From Isurus oxyrinchus (Eukaryota): a stretch of DNA of 64,000 nt. Of this stretch, positions 39,739-51,262 are shown piece by piece; position 1 is the stretch's first letter, and each line of letters begins with the position of its first letter. The notes under the pieces were generated by a model, which worked only from the letters and a program-made list of their open reading frames with translations, made no database searches and had not been told where the DNA came from. The translations under genes were made by a program, and so were the position numbers. The stretch is from the NCBI GenBank assembly GCA_026770705.1, contig JANJGN010000012.1:22382001-22446000 (forward strand), in the 5' to 3' direction.

Positions 39739-40071
39739 ACACAAGAGGGACGGTTCACGGGTGATTTTCTGTCCATTTATGTTTGGTTTATTTGTCTGCT
39801 GGTGTAGACATCAGCACCAGTAATGGTAATGTCATTATGCTTTCAATGTGACAATAGCATTAAATTTGCTTTGGTTCTGATGGTCTGAGTATGCTTCACC
39901 TTTTTGTTTTATTGGTGCAGGGTACACCAGTGTGTAATGCCAGACGTGAATGGCTGGATACTTTATTGCACAGGCATTGAGTGGACTTTGGGTGCAAATA
40001 AAAGAGTCATTTCAGACATCCAGGATGGTGGCGGCAGCCCTGGCATGAGGTAGAACCAGATATTTGGCAGC

Positions 40072-41283
40072 CTAGCTGAAGGAGTGTTGGATCAAAGTGT
40101 CCCTGGTGTCCCTGCCTCCCTGGAGGTTACCGAGGTCTGCCTCCACATCCTCATTATTCTCCTCACCGTGCTCCTCTTCTGACTCACCACTGGATTCATC
40201 ATCTGTAGCCTGTGCAGCTGTGTCAAGATCCTCATCCTCCAGTGGGTGCCCCCTTGCCAGTGCCAGATTGGAGATCGCAGCATGCAGTCACTATCAGTGA
40301 CTCCCTCTCTAGGGGGTATTGCCGCTGAACGGTCCAGGCATCAGAAGCGCATCTTGAAAAGACCTATGTTCCTCTCTATCACCGCCGTTGTTGAGGCATG
40401 ACTCCTCTTTTAACGCTGCTCTGCTCTGCCTCTGTTCTTGTGTGGCGGAGAGGTGTCATGAGCCTCCACTTCCATAGATAGCCCTTGTCACCCAGCAGCC
40501 ATCTATCCAGTCGGGCTGGAGCACTGAAGATCCTCGGCACCTGGGAGTGTCTCAGGATGTAAGCATCATGGGAGCTACCTGAGTACCTTGCACAGACTTG
40601 CAGAATCTGCATCCTGTGATCACACACTATTTGCACATTCATAGAATGGAATCCCTTCCTGTTGACCTGCTGGTGCCTTGATGGCCACATGTGTGTAGTC
40701 GATGGCACCCTGGACACGGGGGAACCAACAATCGCTGCAAAGCCTCTGGCTCGCTCAGCCTGGCTGGCCTCATCCATATGGTAAAGAACAGAGGTCACTA
40801 CCTGCCTGAACAGAGCTTCTGTCACCTGCTTGACGCAAGTGTGGACAGCTGATTGGGAGACCCCACACAGATCCCCCACTGACCCCTGGAAAGAGCTGGA
40901 GGCATAGAAGTTGAGGGCCACTGTGACCTTCAGAGCCACTGGCATGGAATGTCCACCCACACAGCCAGAGCTGATCTCAGGCCCAATCATCTGACAAATG
41001 GAGGTCACTGTCTCTCTTGAGAGGTGGAGCCTCCTTCGGCATTGTACCTCAGACATATTGAGGTAGCTGCATCGCCACCTGTAAACCCTGGCAGCAGGAT
41101 GGTGGGGTCTTCTTTGGCCCTCCTACCTTGGACTTCCTGCTGGCCTGTGCCCTTTGTGCCTGCACCTTTCCTCCCTTAGTTTCCTCCCCTGGAAGCTGCT
41201 TTGGGACCCGAGGCCTCCTCTCCCTTCTGCCCCTCTCTTCCTCCTCAGAGGAGGTGCCTCCAGCGGAGGACCACAATCCCCAT
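40072..41283 (-). pseudogene. Harbinger/HARBI1-like DDE transposase, frameshifted with stops
   Basis: GAID.TH (shifted frame), NRKGFHSMNVQIVCD, GSSHDAYIL, WLLGDKGY, IERNIG.FKMRF*, C-terminal RDTLIQHSFS*. Longest remaining ORF is 40379-41056. Confidence 0.92.
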
Positions 41284-42897
41284 TACCAGTGTTTATAGAA
41301 GGCTGTCTGATACCTGGAAGGGCCCACATGGTCTGAATCCTCCAGGGCCTGGAGACACCAATAAACCCTGAAATGAAGCCTGGAAATGCTAAGAACGAAG
41401 CCCTGAACAGAGATGAAGCTGGCCAAGTACCAATTAGCAACCAGCAGCAAACTGTCCTCTAAACTCCTCAGCACTCACATCGGCAATGCTGCTGACCCTT
41501 TTTATCCCGCCCTTGGATGAGGTTTAGCAAATTGGCGGCTGCCTGCCTGCCCATTTTGCCTGTGCGGTGAGCCTACATATCACACAGGTAATGTAACATA
41601 CAGCTTAATTGCCTTTTTAATGGCCTTAACTGGCCTCGTAATTGACGGCGGGCACAGCTCCGACTCCAGCTCAATGCCCGCCGACCGAAATAGCGCACAA
41701 GTGCGCGATGTCGTTGAGACATTGGCCCGATGTCACCGCATGTTATTTTACGTTTGAGCAAGTCAGGCACACACCAGCCCACTCAGCGAAAAATTCTGCC
41801 CCAGGGACTTCAGCCCACATTCCAGGCTGTCGCTCCTAGTACAGCGCTGGGGGAATGCCGTGCTGTTGGAGGTGCCATCTTTCCATAAGACATCAAACTG
41901 AGGTCTCATCTCCTCTCCCAGATGACCATAAAAGGTCCCATGGATGAAAAGCAGGTGGAGTTCTCTCCGGTGTCCTGGCCTACATTTAATCAACATCACT
42001 CGAACATATTACCTGCCCATTATCACTTTGCACTTTGTGGGAGCTTGCTGTGCACAAATTGCTGCTGTTTCCCACATTACAACAGTGACTATACTTCAAA
42101 AGTACTTCGCTGGCTGTAAAACACCATGAGATGTCCAGTTGTTATGAAAGGCATTTAAGAAAGCCCTTCTTTTATTTCATATTGTCTCCTTTCCTTTTAA
42201 CTTGTATTGCAAAATATTTCCCGGCAGACACAGGCCATTCGGCCCAACTGGTCCATGCTGGTGTTCATGCTCCACAAGAGCCTCCTCCCACGTACCCCTC
42301 TTGATCTCACCTCATCAACATATCCTCTATTCCTTTCGCCTGCATCTCTTTACTGGGGTATTTTATCTCATTCTGTGCCGTTGCAGTGAAAGAAAACACT
42401 CTGCACATACATTGGTGCCTGCTCTCACTCCTTGCAAGCTCTTATCTGAACACAAATTTAATGATTCCGAATAATTAGTCACTTCTGCGCCTCCAGGTTT
42501 AATTGGGACTGCCAGTAAATAGATTACAGAAATAAGATAGAAGTAACAAGGAAAATTGAAATAATCAGAGCAGTGCCATCACAGAATCCCAAACTGCAAA
42601 TGATTATTGATTTGCATTTGCAGTTTGTTTCCGGTATGCTTATTCTCGGGCTGCAGTTACTGCCATTTGTTACCCATTCCTGCCTTCCCCTTGAGAAGTT
42701 GGTGAACTTTCTTCTTGACCCACCACCGCCTGTGCAATGCTCTCACACGCTGCTAGGTTTTATTCAGCACAGCAGGGTTTTTTTTTGATATGACCGAGTG
42801 GCTTTTTTTGCTTCCTCAGAGGGCATTTCTCAGTCAGCCGTGTTGGTGTGGGACTGGAGTCCCCTATAGGTCCAAACTGGGTACAGACAGCAGCTAT

Positions 42898-42945
42898 CCC
42901 CCCACACCCCCCCCCCCCCCCCCCCCCCCCCTCCACCCACCCTCC
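42898..42945. repeat. Poly-C tract (G-rich on the minus strand)
   Basis: Run of ~25 C with flanking cca/ccc. Confidence 0.9.
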
Positions 42946-43307
42946 TACAGCTAACTCAGCACACACCAGGCATCATACTCAGACATCTTTGCTGCATCCA
43001 ATTCATTGTCACATAAGAGAGTATAGAGCCCCACGCTCTGAAGCATTGAGAGGGCCACATCTCTGTTATGCTGATCTCTCACTGCCTCATCATTCACCAA
43101 GTATGTGTGTGTGTGAAGTTGAATTTGGGGAGGAAACTTCATTTTTAAAAATTTTTGTTCATGCACAGGGTACGGGTGTCACTGTCAGGCTCAGCATGTC
43201 TTGTCCATCGCCAGTGGGATATGTAGGGGCAAGTACTGTAGTCTTGGACAGACTTGTAGAGAGTTGAGTAGAAAGAAGGAAATACATAAAGTAAACAATA
43301 AAGTACA

Positions 43308-44120
43308 GAACTTGCATTTCTATAGCACCTTTGACATTCTCAGGACATCCTAAAGTGCTTTACAGCCAATGAAATACCTTTGAGGTGTAGACACTGTTGT
43401 AACATAGGAAACACAGCAGCCAATCTGTGCATAGTAAGCTCCCACAAACAGCAATAAAATAAATAAAAACTGAAAATGCTGGAAAATCTCGGCAGGTCTG
43501 GCAGCATCTGTGGAGAGAAAAACAGAGTTAATGTTTCAAGTCCAATATGATTCTTCTTTGGAAGAAGAGTCATATTGGACTCAAAATGTTAACTCTGTTT
43601 CTCTCTCCACAGATGCTGCCAGATGGTTTCTGCTTTTATTTCAGATTTCCAGCAGCTGCAGTATTTTGCTTTTATTTTAGCAATAAAATAACTTTATTTT
43701 GGTGTTATTGTTTGGGGGGAAATATTGACCAGGACACCTGAGAGAAGTTGTCTGCTCTCCTTCAAAGGAATAACAACTTTTATATATGTCTGAACAGGTC
43801 ACAGAATCGCAGAATTTCACAGTGCAAAAGAGGCCCTTCGGCCCATCGAGTCTGCACCGACACGTGAGAAACACCTGACCTACCTACCTAACCCCATTTA
43901 CCAACACTTCGCCCATAGCCTTGAATGTTATGACGTGCCAAGTGCTCATCCAGGTACTTTTTTTACACAGAGGCCTTCATCAGAATGGTGGCATTTCTAT
44001 CAAAGCAGCACTCATTCTGACTGGAGTGGAGATGCCAGTCCAGATAAGACATGGAAAAGGTACTAGGAGTCTCTGGAGTGGGATGTGAAGATCAGCGGTG
44101 AGACTGCAAACCAGCTGAGT
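43308..44120 (-). mobile_element. Deu-domain SINE with two insertions (fold-back element; CR1 tail at ~43798-43965)
   Basis: Tail 'acttgcatttctatagcacc...aaagtgctttacagccaatgaa'; body continues after 43691 and again after ~43965. Confidence 0.75.
43463..43678. mobile_element. Penelope-terminus fold-back (palindromic) element, 13-bp TSD AGCAATAAAATAA
   Basis: Arms 'ctggcagcatctgtggagagaaaaacagagttaa' and 'ttaactctgtttctctctccacagatgctgccag'; TSD at 43450-43462 and 43679-43691. Confidence 0.8.
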
Positions 44121-44199
44121 CATGGGAACACAGCAAACCAACTGAGTCAGAGGGAACACAGCAGTCATTCAGCTTCTGAAAGACACATTGATATCTGAA

Positions 44200-44705
44200 A
44201 ATATAGACCACGCTTGGAGCACTGTGTCACAAGCTTTGGCCTCCATGTTATAAAAAGGACAGAGGTACTGGAGAAGGTGCAAAAAAAGGTTTCACCTCAG
44301 AGCTGAGAGGTAACTGTCAGGAAAGGTTGAAAAGGCTGGGGCTGTTTTCTCTTGAAAACAGAAAGCTGGTGGGTGACCTAAAAGACGTCTTTAAAATAAT
44401 CTAAGATAGAGTAAATATAGAGAAGATGTTTCCATTTGTGGGGGAGACCAAAAACCAGGGTCATAAATATAAGGCAATCACTAATAAATCCAGCAATGAT
44501 TTTCGATAGAAGCCTCTTGATCCAAGAGAGTGGTGAGAATGTGGAAGTTGCTATCAGTGGACCAGTTGAGGCCAATACTACAGATACATTTAAGAGAAAG
44601 CTAGATGCACACATGAGGGCAAAAGGAGTGAAAGGTTATGTTGATAGGGTAAATGAAGAGGGCTGGGAGCATACACACTGGCATAAACCAGTTGGGCCAA
44701 GTGAC
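44200..44705 (+). mobile_element. CR1 3' fragment
   Basis: RPRLEHC, ERL.RLGLFSLE.R.L.GDL and FKRKLD.HM motifs. Confidence 0.8.
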
Positions 44706-44707
44706 CA

Positions 44708-45058
44708 ATTTTTTTTATTCATTGGATGTGGGTGTCACTGGCTAGGCCAGGATTTATTGCCCATCCCCTAATTGCCCTTGTCCAGGGACATTTAAGAGCC
44801 AACCACATCGCTGTGGTTCTGAAGTCACATGTAAGCCAGACCAGGTAAGGACGGCAGATTTCCTTCTCTAAAAGGCATTAGAGAACCAGAGTTTTACAAC
44901 AATCAACAATGGTTTCATGGTCATCATTAGACTTTGCGGATTTTTATTGAATTCAAATTCTACCATCTGCCATGGCGGGACTCAAACCTGGGTCCCCAGG
45001 CATAATCTTGGGCACCTGGATTATTAGCCCAGCAACAATACCAAGACACCATCGCCTC
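44708..45058 (-). mobile_element. Second SINE family (Meta-SINE-like), near full length
   Basis: Minus strand has a tRNA-like head (B-box-like GGTTTGAGTCCC), the central block of 8490-8895, and the Zenon-like tail. Confidence 0.7.
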
Positions 45059-46214
45059 TATGGTGCAGACTCAGCCTAACTTAACGTTAATGATTCAGAT
45101 GGGACCTCCCCCGCCTTCTCCCCCTCACGTCACTTCCTCATCGAAAATGTCACTAATTGGTAAGCCTGAACATAAAAAAGTAATCACAGGAATTTCTCTT
45201 GGGAAGATCAGCAAAGGATGAAGCTGATGTGGAATTTAACTGTCAGTATGATACCATCAGATCGCAAAATCACTACTGACATTTCCTTCGCAATCACATC
45301 ACTGGAAGTGGGAGAGTTTTTGTCTCAGAAATTGTTCCTCACAGTATAAATGAAAAGATAAAAAATTAATTAGCATTCTGTAACAGACATTGAAGAAGTG
45401 TTGGGTGTAATAAATTAGTTCGCCCTCTGAAAGACCAGCTTGTTTCGAGATCAATTTGATATGATGAAATCTTGCTTAAAATCAAAACCGTTTTAAATCA
45501 AGCTTTTTCATTTACCGTCGCCTGTGGCTGTTTGCAATCAAATTTCCTTCATGCACCACAATACATTAATCAGATCAGTGTGAGGGAGAAAAAAAAAGAG
45601 TGCAAATCACCCCTTCAGAATAACTAACAAGCCAGCACTTTAAGCAAGAGAAAATTAACTCGCTTATTGCTTTGGCAAAAAAAAAACTGAGAAATAAGAA
45701 TCTGAGAAAAAGTACATAAGGTTTGAATCCTGAACCCACAGGAATTGGGACATATCATAGTCAGTGGGGTGAGGGCAAGTTTCGTTCCTTCCTATCACTA
45801 ACAGCCTCAGCTGCGGCTCAGTGGCAGCGCTCTCAGTCAGAAGGTTGTGAGCTCAAGTCCTTAACCTTGGTGCTGTCATTATGGGTGTATTGCTTCTCTA
45901 AGGATCCTGAATTAAAGTTATCTCCTGTCTCCAGAACTTGGCATATGGGTGTCGGTGGGTAGCACTTTTGCCTTCTGGGTTAGAATATTGTGTGCTCGAG
46001 TACAATTCCAGAGACTTGAGCACAAACCTAGGCTGACACTCTCAGTACTGAGGGAGTGCTGCACTCCTTTTAAGTGCTACTTTCTGGATGAGGCGTTAAG
46101 TGAGGTCCTGTCTGTTCCCTCAAGCGGATACAGAAGATCCCAACGCCAATTTTGAAGAAAAGCCGGACTTTGCCTGGTGGCCTGAGCCAACGTTTATCCC
46201 TTAAGCAGCATCAA

Positions 46215-46580
46215 ACAAAAGCAAAACATGTTACTGGTAATAAAAACAGGAAGTGTTGGAAAAACTCAGCAGTCTGGCAGCATCTGCAGAGAAACAAAGT
46301 TGACATTTTGAGCCTGCGGGACTTCTTCAGTGCAGGGACTCAAGATATTGGGCAGGATTTTCCAGTCCATAAATTCCTGCCCGAAGTCAGCAAGCCTTTT
46401 GCTGGTTTGTCAAATCTACCATCCTGCCCATGGCAATTCCCGCAGTGGGCGGGGATGGAAAATTCCACCCGCTAACTCTGTTTCTCCCTCCACAGAGGCT
46501 GCCAGACCTGCTGTGGTTTACCAGCGTTTTCTGTTTTTGTTTCGGATTTCCAGCATCAGCAGTATTTTGCTTTTATTTTG
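46215..46580. mobile_element. Penelope-terminus fold-back element containing a mini-MITE
   Basis: Inverted arms as at 43463-43678. Confidence 0.7.
46350..46470. mobile_element. 121-bp Harbinger-type mini-MITE
   Basis: TIRs gggcaggattttcc / ggaaaattccaccc; TSD not clear. Confidence 0.65.
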
Positions 46581-46993
46581 CAGACGACCAATATCGAGTT
46601 ATTAACGCATTGCTATTTGTGGGAGCTAGCTGCATTCAAAAAGGCTGCCCTGTTTCCTACTTTGCAACAATAACTACACCTCAAAAAAGTGCTTCATTAG
46701 TTGTAAGGTCCTTTTAGGATGTTAAGAAAAGTTCTATATAAGTGCAAGTCTTTCATTTTTGGTGGAGTTGCCTCTGACTTTGACCTCTCACGATACAGAA
46801 ATTGAAATTTTACTTCATTAAAGACAAGTTGCATTATACTAGAAATTATGCACTCTGGGACCTTTTAGTTAATGAATAAACAAGCTTGTTCTTCTGTTGT
46901 TATAACTTCGTTTTCATCTACTGAAGGCGTACCAACCTTTTAATAGCTTGTCTGAATCACTGCTCTTTATGAATAAAGCGAGACATAAAGAAA

Positions 46994-47715
46994 GGGTATT
47001 TTACACTCCCCGTGGCAGGTTCTGAGGAAGAGGGGAGCGGGCAGTGAGAAATTGCATGGATGGGATTCCCTCCGGGTTCCTGCCACTGGTCGCCATTTTA
47101 CACCAGAGTGTGCAGGGCCTTGGAAGGGAAGCCCACCTTTGCTCGAATTAAGGCCCTTAAGTGGCTACTTAATGGCCACTTAACAGCCATTTCCCGCCCA
47201 GCCTCAATTTTTAAGCTGGAAGGTGGATGGCAGCTCGGGGGGGAAAACCTGGAAACGAACCAGAGTTCGATCTCGGATGGGAAGGGGCAGGGGTGCCTCT
47301 ATCAGAAACCCCCTTCTGATTGGGGCACACTCCTCTTAAGGCCCGGTGACCTCCAGAAATCTCTCCCCCATCGGCCTATCGCCCAAGATACCAATCGCAC
47401 CCTCCGCTCCCCTTGCAACCCCCCAGGCCTTCCCTGCCCTCCCCACCCTGGGACTCCTGCCAGTCACCTGTCCCAGGACTTAGTGCCAAACAGCTCCCTG
47501 CTGTGCCACTTCTGGCCACTGCAGCGCTATTCCTGGAGGGATTGGAGAGCTGCCAGCCAATCTGATCTTCCTCCCAGTGACGGGCAGAAGTCCCGCCTTA
47601 TGTCAATCAATGCTCATTAGATGGCATCAAGCCTGCTGGAGTCGATGAGGATGAGTTCCCCACCAACTCTTCAGATGGTGCGGGGGCAAGTCCCTGCCAT
47701 CCTGAAAATTCAGGC
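46994..47715. mobile_element. Harbinger-type MITE (same family as 7655-8432)
   Basis: Right end 'gccatcctgaaaattcaggc' is close to the reverse complement of the 7656 end; left end 'attttacactcccc'. Confidence 0.7.
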
Positions 47716-48060
47716 TTTTCATGTACATAGCATCTTTCACAACTTCAGACATCCCAATGTGCTTTACAGTCAATGAAGTACTTTCTGAAATGTAGTCACT
47801 GTTTTAATGTAGGAAACCTGGCAGCCAATTTGCGTGCAGCAAGCTCCAACAAACAGCAATTGGTTTTTCTTTTGGTGATGCAAGGATAAACATTAGCCAG
47901 GATGAAGTCCTCTGTTGATCTTCGAAATACCTGTAGTGTCATGGGATCATTCAAATCCACCTGAGAGGAGAAAGGACCTCAGTTTAATGCCTCATCTGAA
48001 AGAAGGCATCCCCAACAATGCTGCGCTCCCTCAATACTGCTGGCAGTGTTAGCCTGGACT
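47716..48060 (-). mobile_element. Deu-domain SINE
   Basis: Tail-to-core match with the other copies. Confidence 0.8.
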
Positions 48061-48374
48061 TGAAAGGCCTGGATTTTCACTGACTCTGGGGACCTTTAAA
48101 AATGACCAGCGGGACTTGTTCTAGGATTCCTGCCCTCATTCCTTGTGCCAGCAATGCCACCCCCCCACCTCAAACTCCCAACCTGGTTGGCTCCATTGCT
48201 AGGTAGGTATTTCATATCTCCACTGCGTTTTTCATGGAGCTGGACTAGTTTGTCAAGGATACATGGTTCATGGCTCCTCAGAGGAGCTGTGAACCCCTAG
48301 TCTGGATTCAGGAACATTTTGAAAGGTATGTTTAAAAAGTCTTACCAATACCCACCACCCCACTCCCCTGCCAC

Positions 48375-48695
48375 ATGCACTACAGCAATTTGCCTCCTTC
48401 AATAAAACTTCTTCCAAACCCACTATCTCTACCACCTTCAAATGCATGGGAACACCACCACTTGCAAGTTCCCCTCAAGCTACTCACCATTCTGACTTGG
48501 AAATATATCGACGTTCTTTCACTGTCGCTGGGTCAAAATCCTGTAACTCCCTTCCTAACAGCACTGTGGGTGTACCTACACCACATGGACTGCAGCGGTT
48601 CAAGAAGGTGCATCACCACCTTCTCATGGGCAATTAGGGATGGGTAATAAATGCTGGCCTAGCCAGCGACGTTCAGGTCCCATGAAAGAATAAAG
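48375..48695 (+). mobile_element. Zenon-like LINE 3' fragment
   Basis: Close match to 3230-3566. Confidence 0.8.
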
Positions 48696-49594
48696 AAAAC
48701 TGTGTTGAGTTTACTGGTGCTATTTGCTGGTGTGGTTTTAGATTCTGCTGGCGAATTATGTCGGAATTGCTGTTATTTACCAATATTCTTTTAAATAATC
48801 TAGAATTGAGATGGCACTTGCAGATCATCCAGGATGGCTGCTTTACACCACACCACACCCCATCCCCCTGCTCCCTCACTGCATATACACACAGGAATGC
48901 TGCAACCATTCTAAATCATCCAGAACACGAGATATCGGAGCAGGAGTAGACTATAAGGCCCATCGAGTCTTCTCTGCCATTCAATACATCTTGGACCTCA
49001 ACTCCATTTTCCAGCTCACTCCTCACATCCCTTAATTCCCTGTGAGACCAAAAATCTGCCTGTCCCAGCCTTAAATGTATTCAACAATGGAGCATCCACA
49101 ACCTTCTGAGGGAGAGAATTCCAAAGATTCACAACCCTTTGTGTGAAGTAATTTCCCCTCATCTCAGTCCTAAATGATCGGCCCTTTATCCTGAGACTGT
49201 GCCCCCGTGTTTTATACTTCCCACCCAGCAGAAACAATCTCTCATCAACTACCCCTTCAGAATTTTGTAGGTTTCATTGAGATCACCTCTCATTCTTCTA
49301 AACTCCAGAGAATATAAACCCAAATAATTTAGCCTGTCATCAAAGGAAAATCCCTTCATTCCAGGGTCCAAATTAGTGAACCTTCACTGTACCACCTCCA
49401 ATGCAAGTATATCCTTTATTAAATGTGGAGACCAGAACTGCACACAGTATTCCAGATGTGATTTCACCAAATTCCCACACAATTGCAGCAAGACTTCTTT
49501 ACTCATCTGTATTAGGATCAGCAAGGAGCGTGCGAGGAGGCTGGCGACTGCTCTGGAGTGAGACGGAGACCAAGTGAGTAGCAAATCAAGTTTA

Positions 49595-50026
49595 CGTGGG
49601 AATTTTGTGCACGGGGTGGGGGAGGGGGGGGAGGGGGGGGCGGGGGTAAGAGGTGTAGTATACATCGGAATTGTTCTAAGTAGGGAACAGGAGCAGCTGA
49701 GCAGAAGCAGACCTGGGCGTAAACCTCGCCTTCGGAGCTGAGTTTGAAAAGAAACGGAAGACGACATCGCAGGAAAACCACGGCCGGCATTTTCTGCTCG
49801 TCGCACCCGACCCAAACGAGTGTAAAATGACAGAGTCACATGAGGGGACATGTTTTTTTAACATTTCCCAATTGTTCATTTTTAATTTTTTTTATACCTT
49901 CAGCTCCCTGAGGAAGCTCCGGGCCTTAACTGGCTGGCCAACGTGAAATCACGGTCGTGACCCATTCGTGAGCGGCTTCCCGCTCGCCCCCACCAAGCCC
50001 ACCCAACGAGGGCAAAATCCTGCCCC
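49595..50026. mobile_element. Harbinger-type MITE in the CR1 5' UTR
   Basis: Right end aaaatcctgccc; the last ~110 bp resemble the reverse complement of the Harbinger left end ('gatttcacg...aaggcc'). Confidence 0.7.
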
Positions 50027-50224
50027 ATAAGTTCATTGGTTAGTAAGAAACTGGTGTTAAAGAGTGTCTCTTGAATAGCTGTAAATTAGAAAAACATATT
50101 ATTTTGAAAGAAGTAGCATGTTGGAGGAACTCTAGGAATAAGGGGAAGTCAGGACCAGTAACATAAAGAAGTATAAGTAAACTAAAGTAAAATAAAGTTA
50201 ACGCAAGGGAAGTAAAGTTAAGAC

Positions 50225-51144
50225 ATGGCAGGGCAACTTGATTGTGTCGTATGTGTGCCCTGTAATATGTGGGAAGAGGCGGACACTACTGGTGACCCAG
50301 GTGACCACATGTGCAAGAGCTGCTGCCAGCTGCAGAAACTTGAGCTCCGGGTTTCAGAGCTCGAACGACTGCTGGAGTCACTGTGGCACATCCGTGAGGC
50401 TGAGAGCTATGTGGATAGCACGTTCAGAGAGGTGGTTACACCGCAGTTTTGGAGCTTGGAGGCAGAAAGGGAATGAGTGACCAGCAGGCAGTCCAAGAGG
50501 GCCAAGCCGGTAGTGCAGGAGTCCCCTGGGGTCCTGCTCGCTAGTCAGTTTTGTGTTATGGATACTGGTGAGAGCATTGGTTCCTCAGAGGAGTGCAGTC
50601 GGAGCCAAATTTGTGGCACCACAAGCAGCTCGGCTGTAGAGGAGGGGAGGAAGAAGAAAGGAAGTAATAGTGATAGGGGATTCATTAGTTAGAAGAACAG
50701 ACAAATGTTTCTGCAGCCTTTGACATGACTCCAGAATGGTGTGTTGCCTCCCTGATGCCAGGGTCAAGGATGTAACGGAGCGTCTGCAGGACATTCTTCT
50801 GGAGAGGGTGAACAGCCAGAGGGTCTACGTTGGCACCAATGACTTAGGCAGGAAGGGGGATGCAGACAGAAATTAGGGAGCTAGGTAGAAAATTAGCAAG
50901 CAGGACCTCAAACGTAGGAATCTTCAGATTACTCCCAGTGCCATATGCAACTGAGTACAGAAATAGGAGGATAAGGCAGATGAATATGTGGCTGGAAAGA
51001 TGGTGCAGGAGGGAGGGCTTTAGATTCTTGGGTTGCTGGGACTGCATCTGGGGAAGATGGCACCTGTACAAGTTGGATAAGTTGCACCTGAACGGCGCCA
51101 AGACTGAGTTACTTGCTATTACTGCTGGGGGGATTTTAAATTAG
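50225..51144 (+). pseudogene. CR1 ORF1 (CxxC zinc finger/leucine zipper + SGNH esterase-like domain)
   Basis: C..C.MW...C..C..L..LE.RV.ELE; GDS, VGTND and D.LH motifs spread across shifted frames. Confidence 0.85.
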
Positions 51145-51262
51145 TTTGGCAGGGAACCAGGAGAGAATATTTGAGAGTAATACCAAGGTGCACAAAAGAT
51201 ACAGATAGCACTCAGAAAGAGAATGGTAAGTTAACGGGCAGAGTCAGAATAAGAGAGAAAAT

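Larger units (their letters stand above)
37652..41801. mobile_element. Full-length decayed PIF/Harbinger DNA transposon (4150 bp), CAG TSD
   Basis: TIRs tggcagagtttt / aaaattctgccc; CAG at 37649-37651 and 41802-41804; convergent Myb/SANT and transposase genes. Confidence 0.92.
37605..42170 (+). mobile_element. Deu-domain SINE split by the Harbinger transposon
   Basis: Head 'tcagaaggtcatgggttcaaatccaactccag' ends at 37651; the body resumes as 'cagggacttcagc...' at 41802 and runs to the tail. Confidence 0.85.
45955..46750 (+). mobile_element. Deu-domain SINE, interrupted by a fold-back element
   Basis: Head 'gtgggtagcact...ccagagacttgagcac' (empty CAG site); tail 'ctatataagtgcaagt'. Confidence 0.8.

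Noticed and set aside
40379-41056. Domesticated host HARBI1 gene
   Set aside because: Frameshift at the first catalytic motif, in-frame stops, and a position inside TIRs and a TSD within a SINE.
42848-43267. Proline-rich 139-aa ORF
   Set aside because: The poly-Pro stretch comes from a poly-C tract joined to a SINE fragment.
45099-45165. Possible 61-nt exon (ttcAG...G/GTAAGC)
   Set aside because: Poor polypyrimidine tract, no recognisable peptide and no partner exons. RNA-seq would be needed.
47060-47620. 186-aa ORF
   Set aside because: Lies within a GC-rich MITE and has no recognisable domain.
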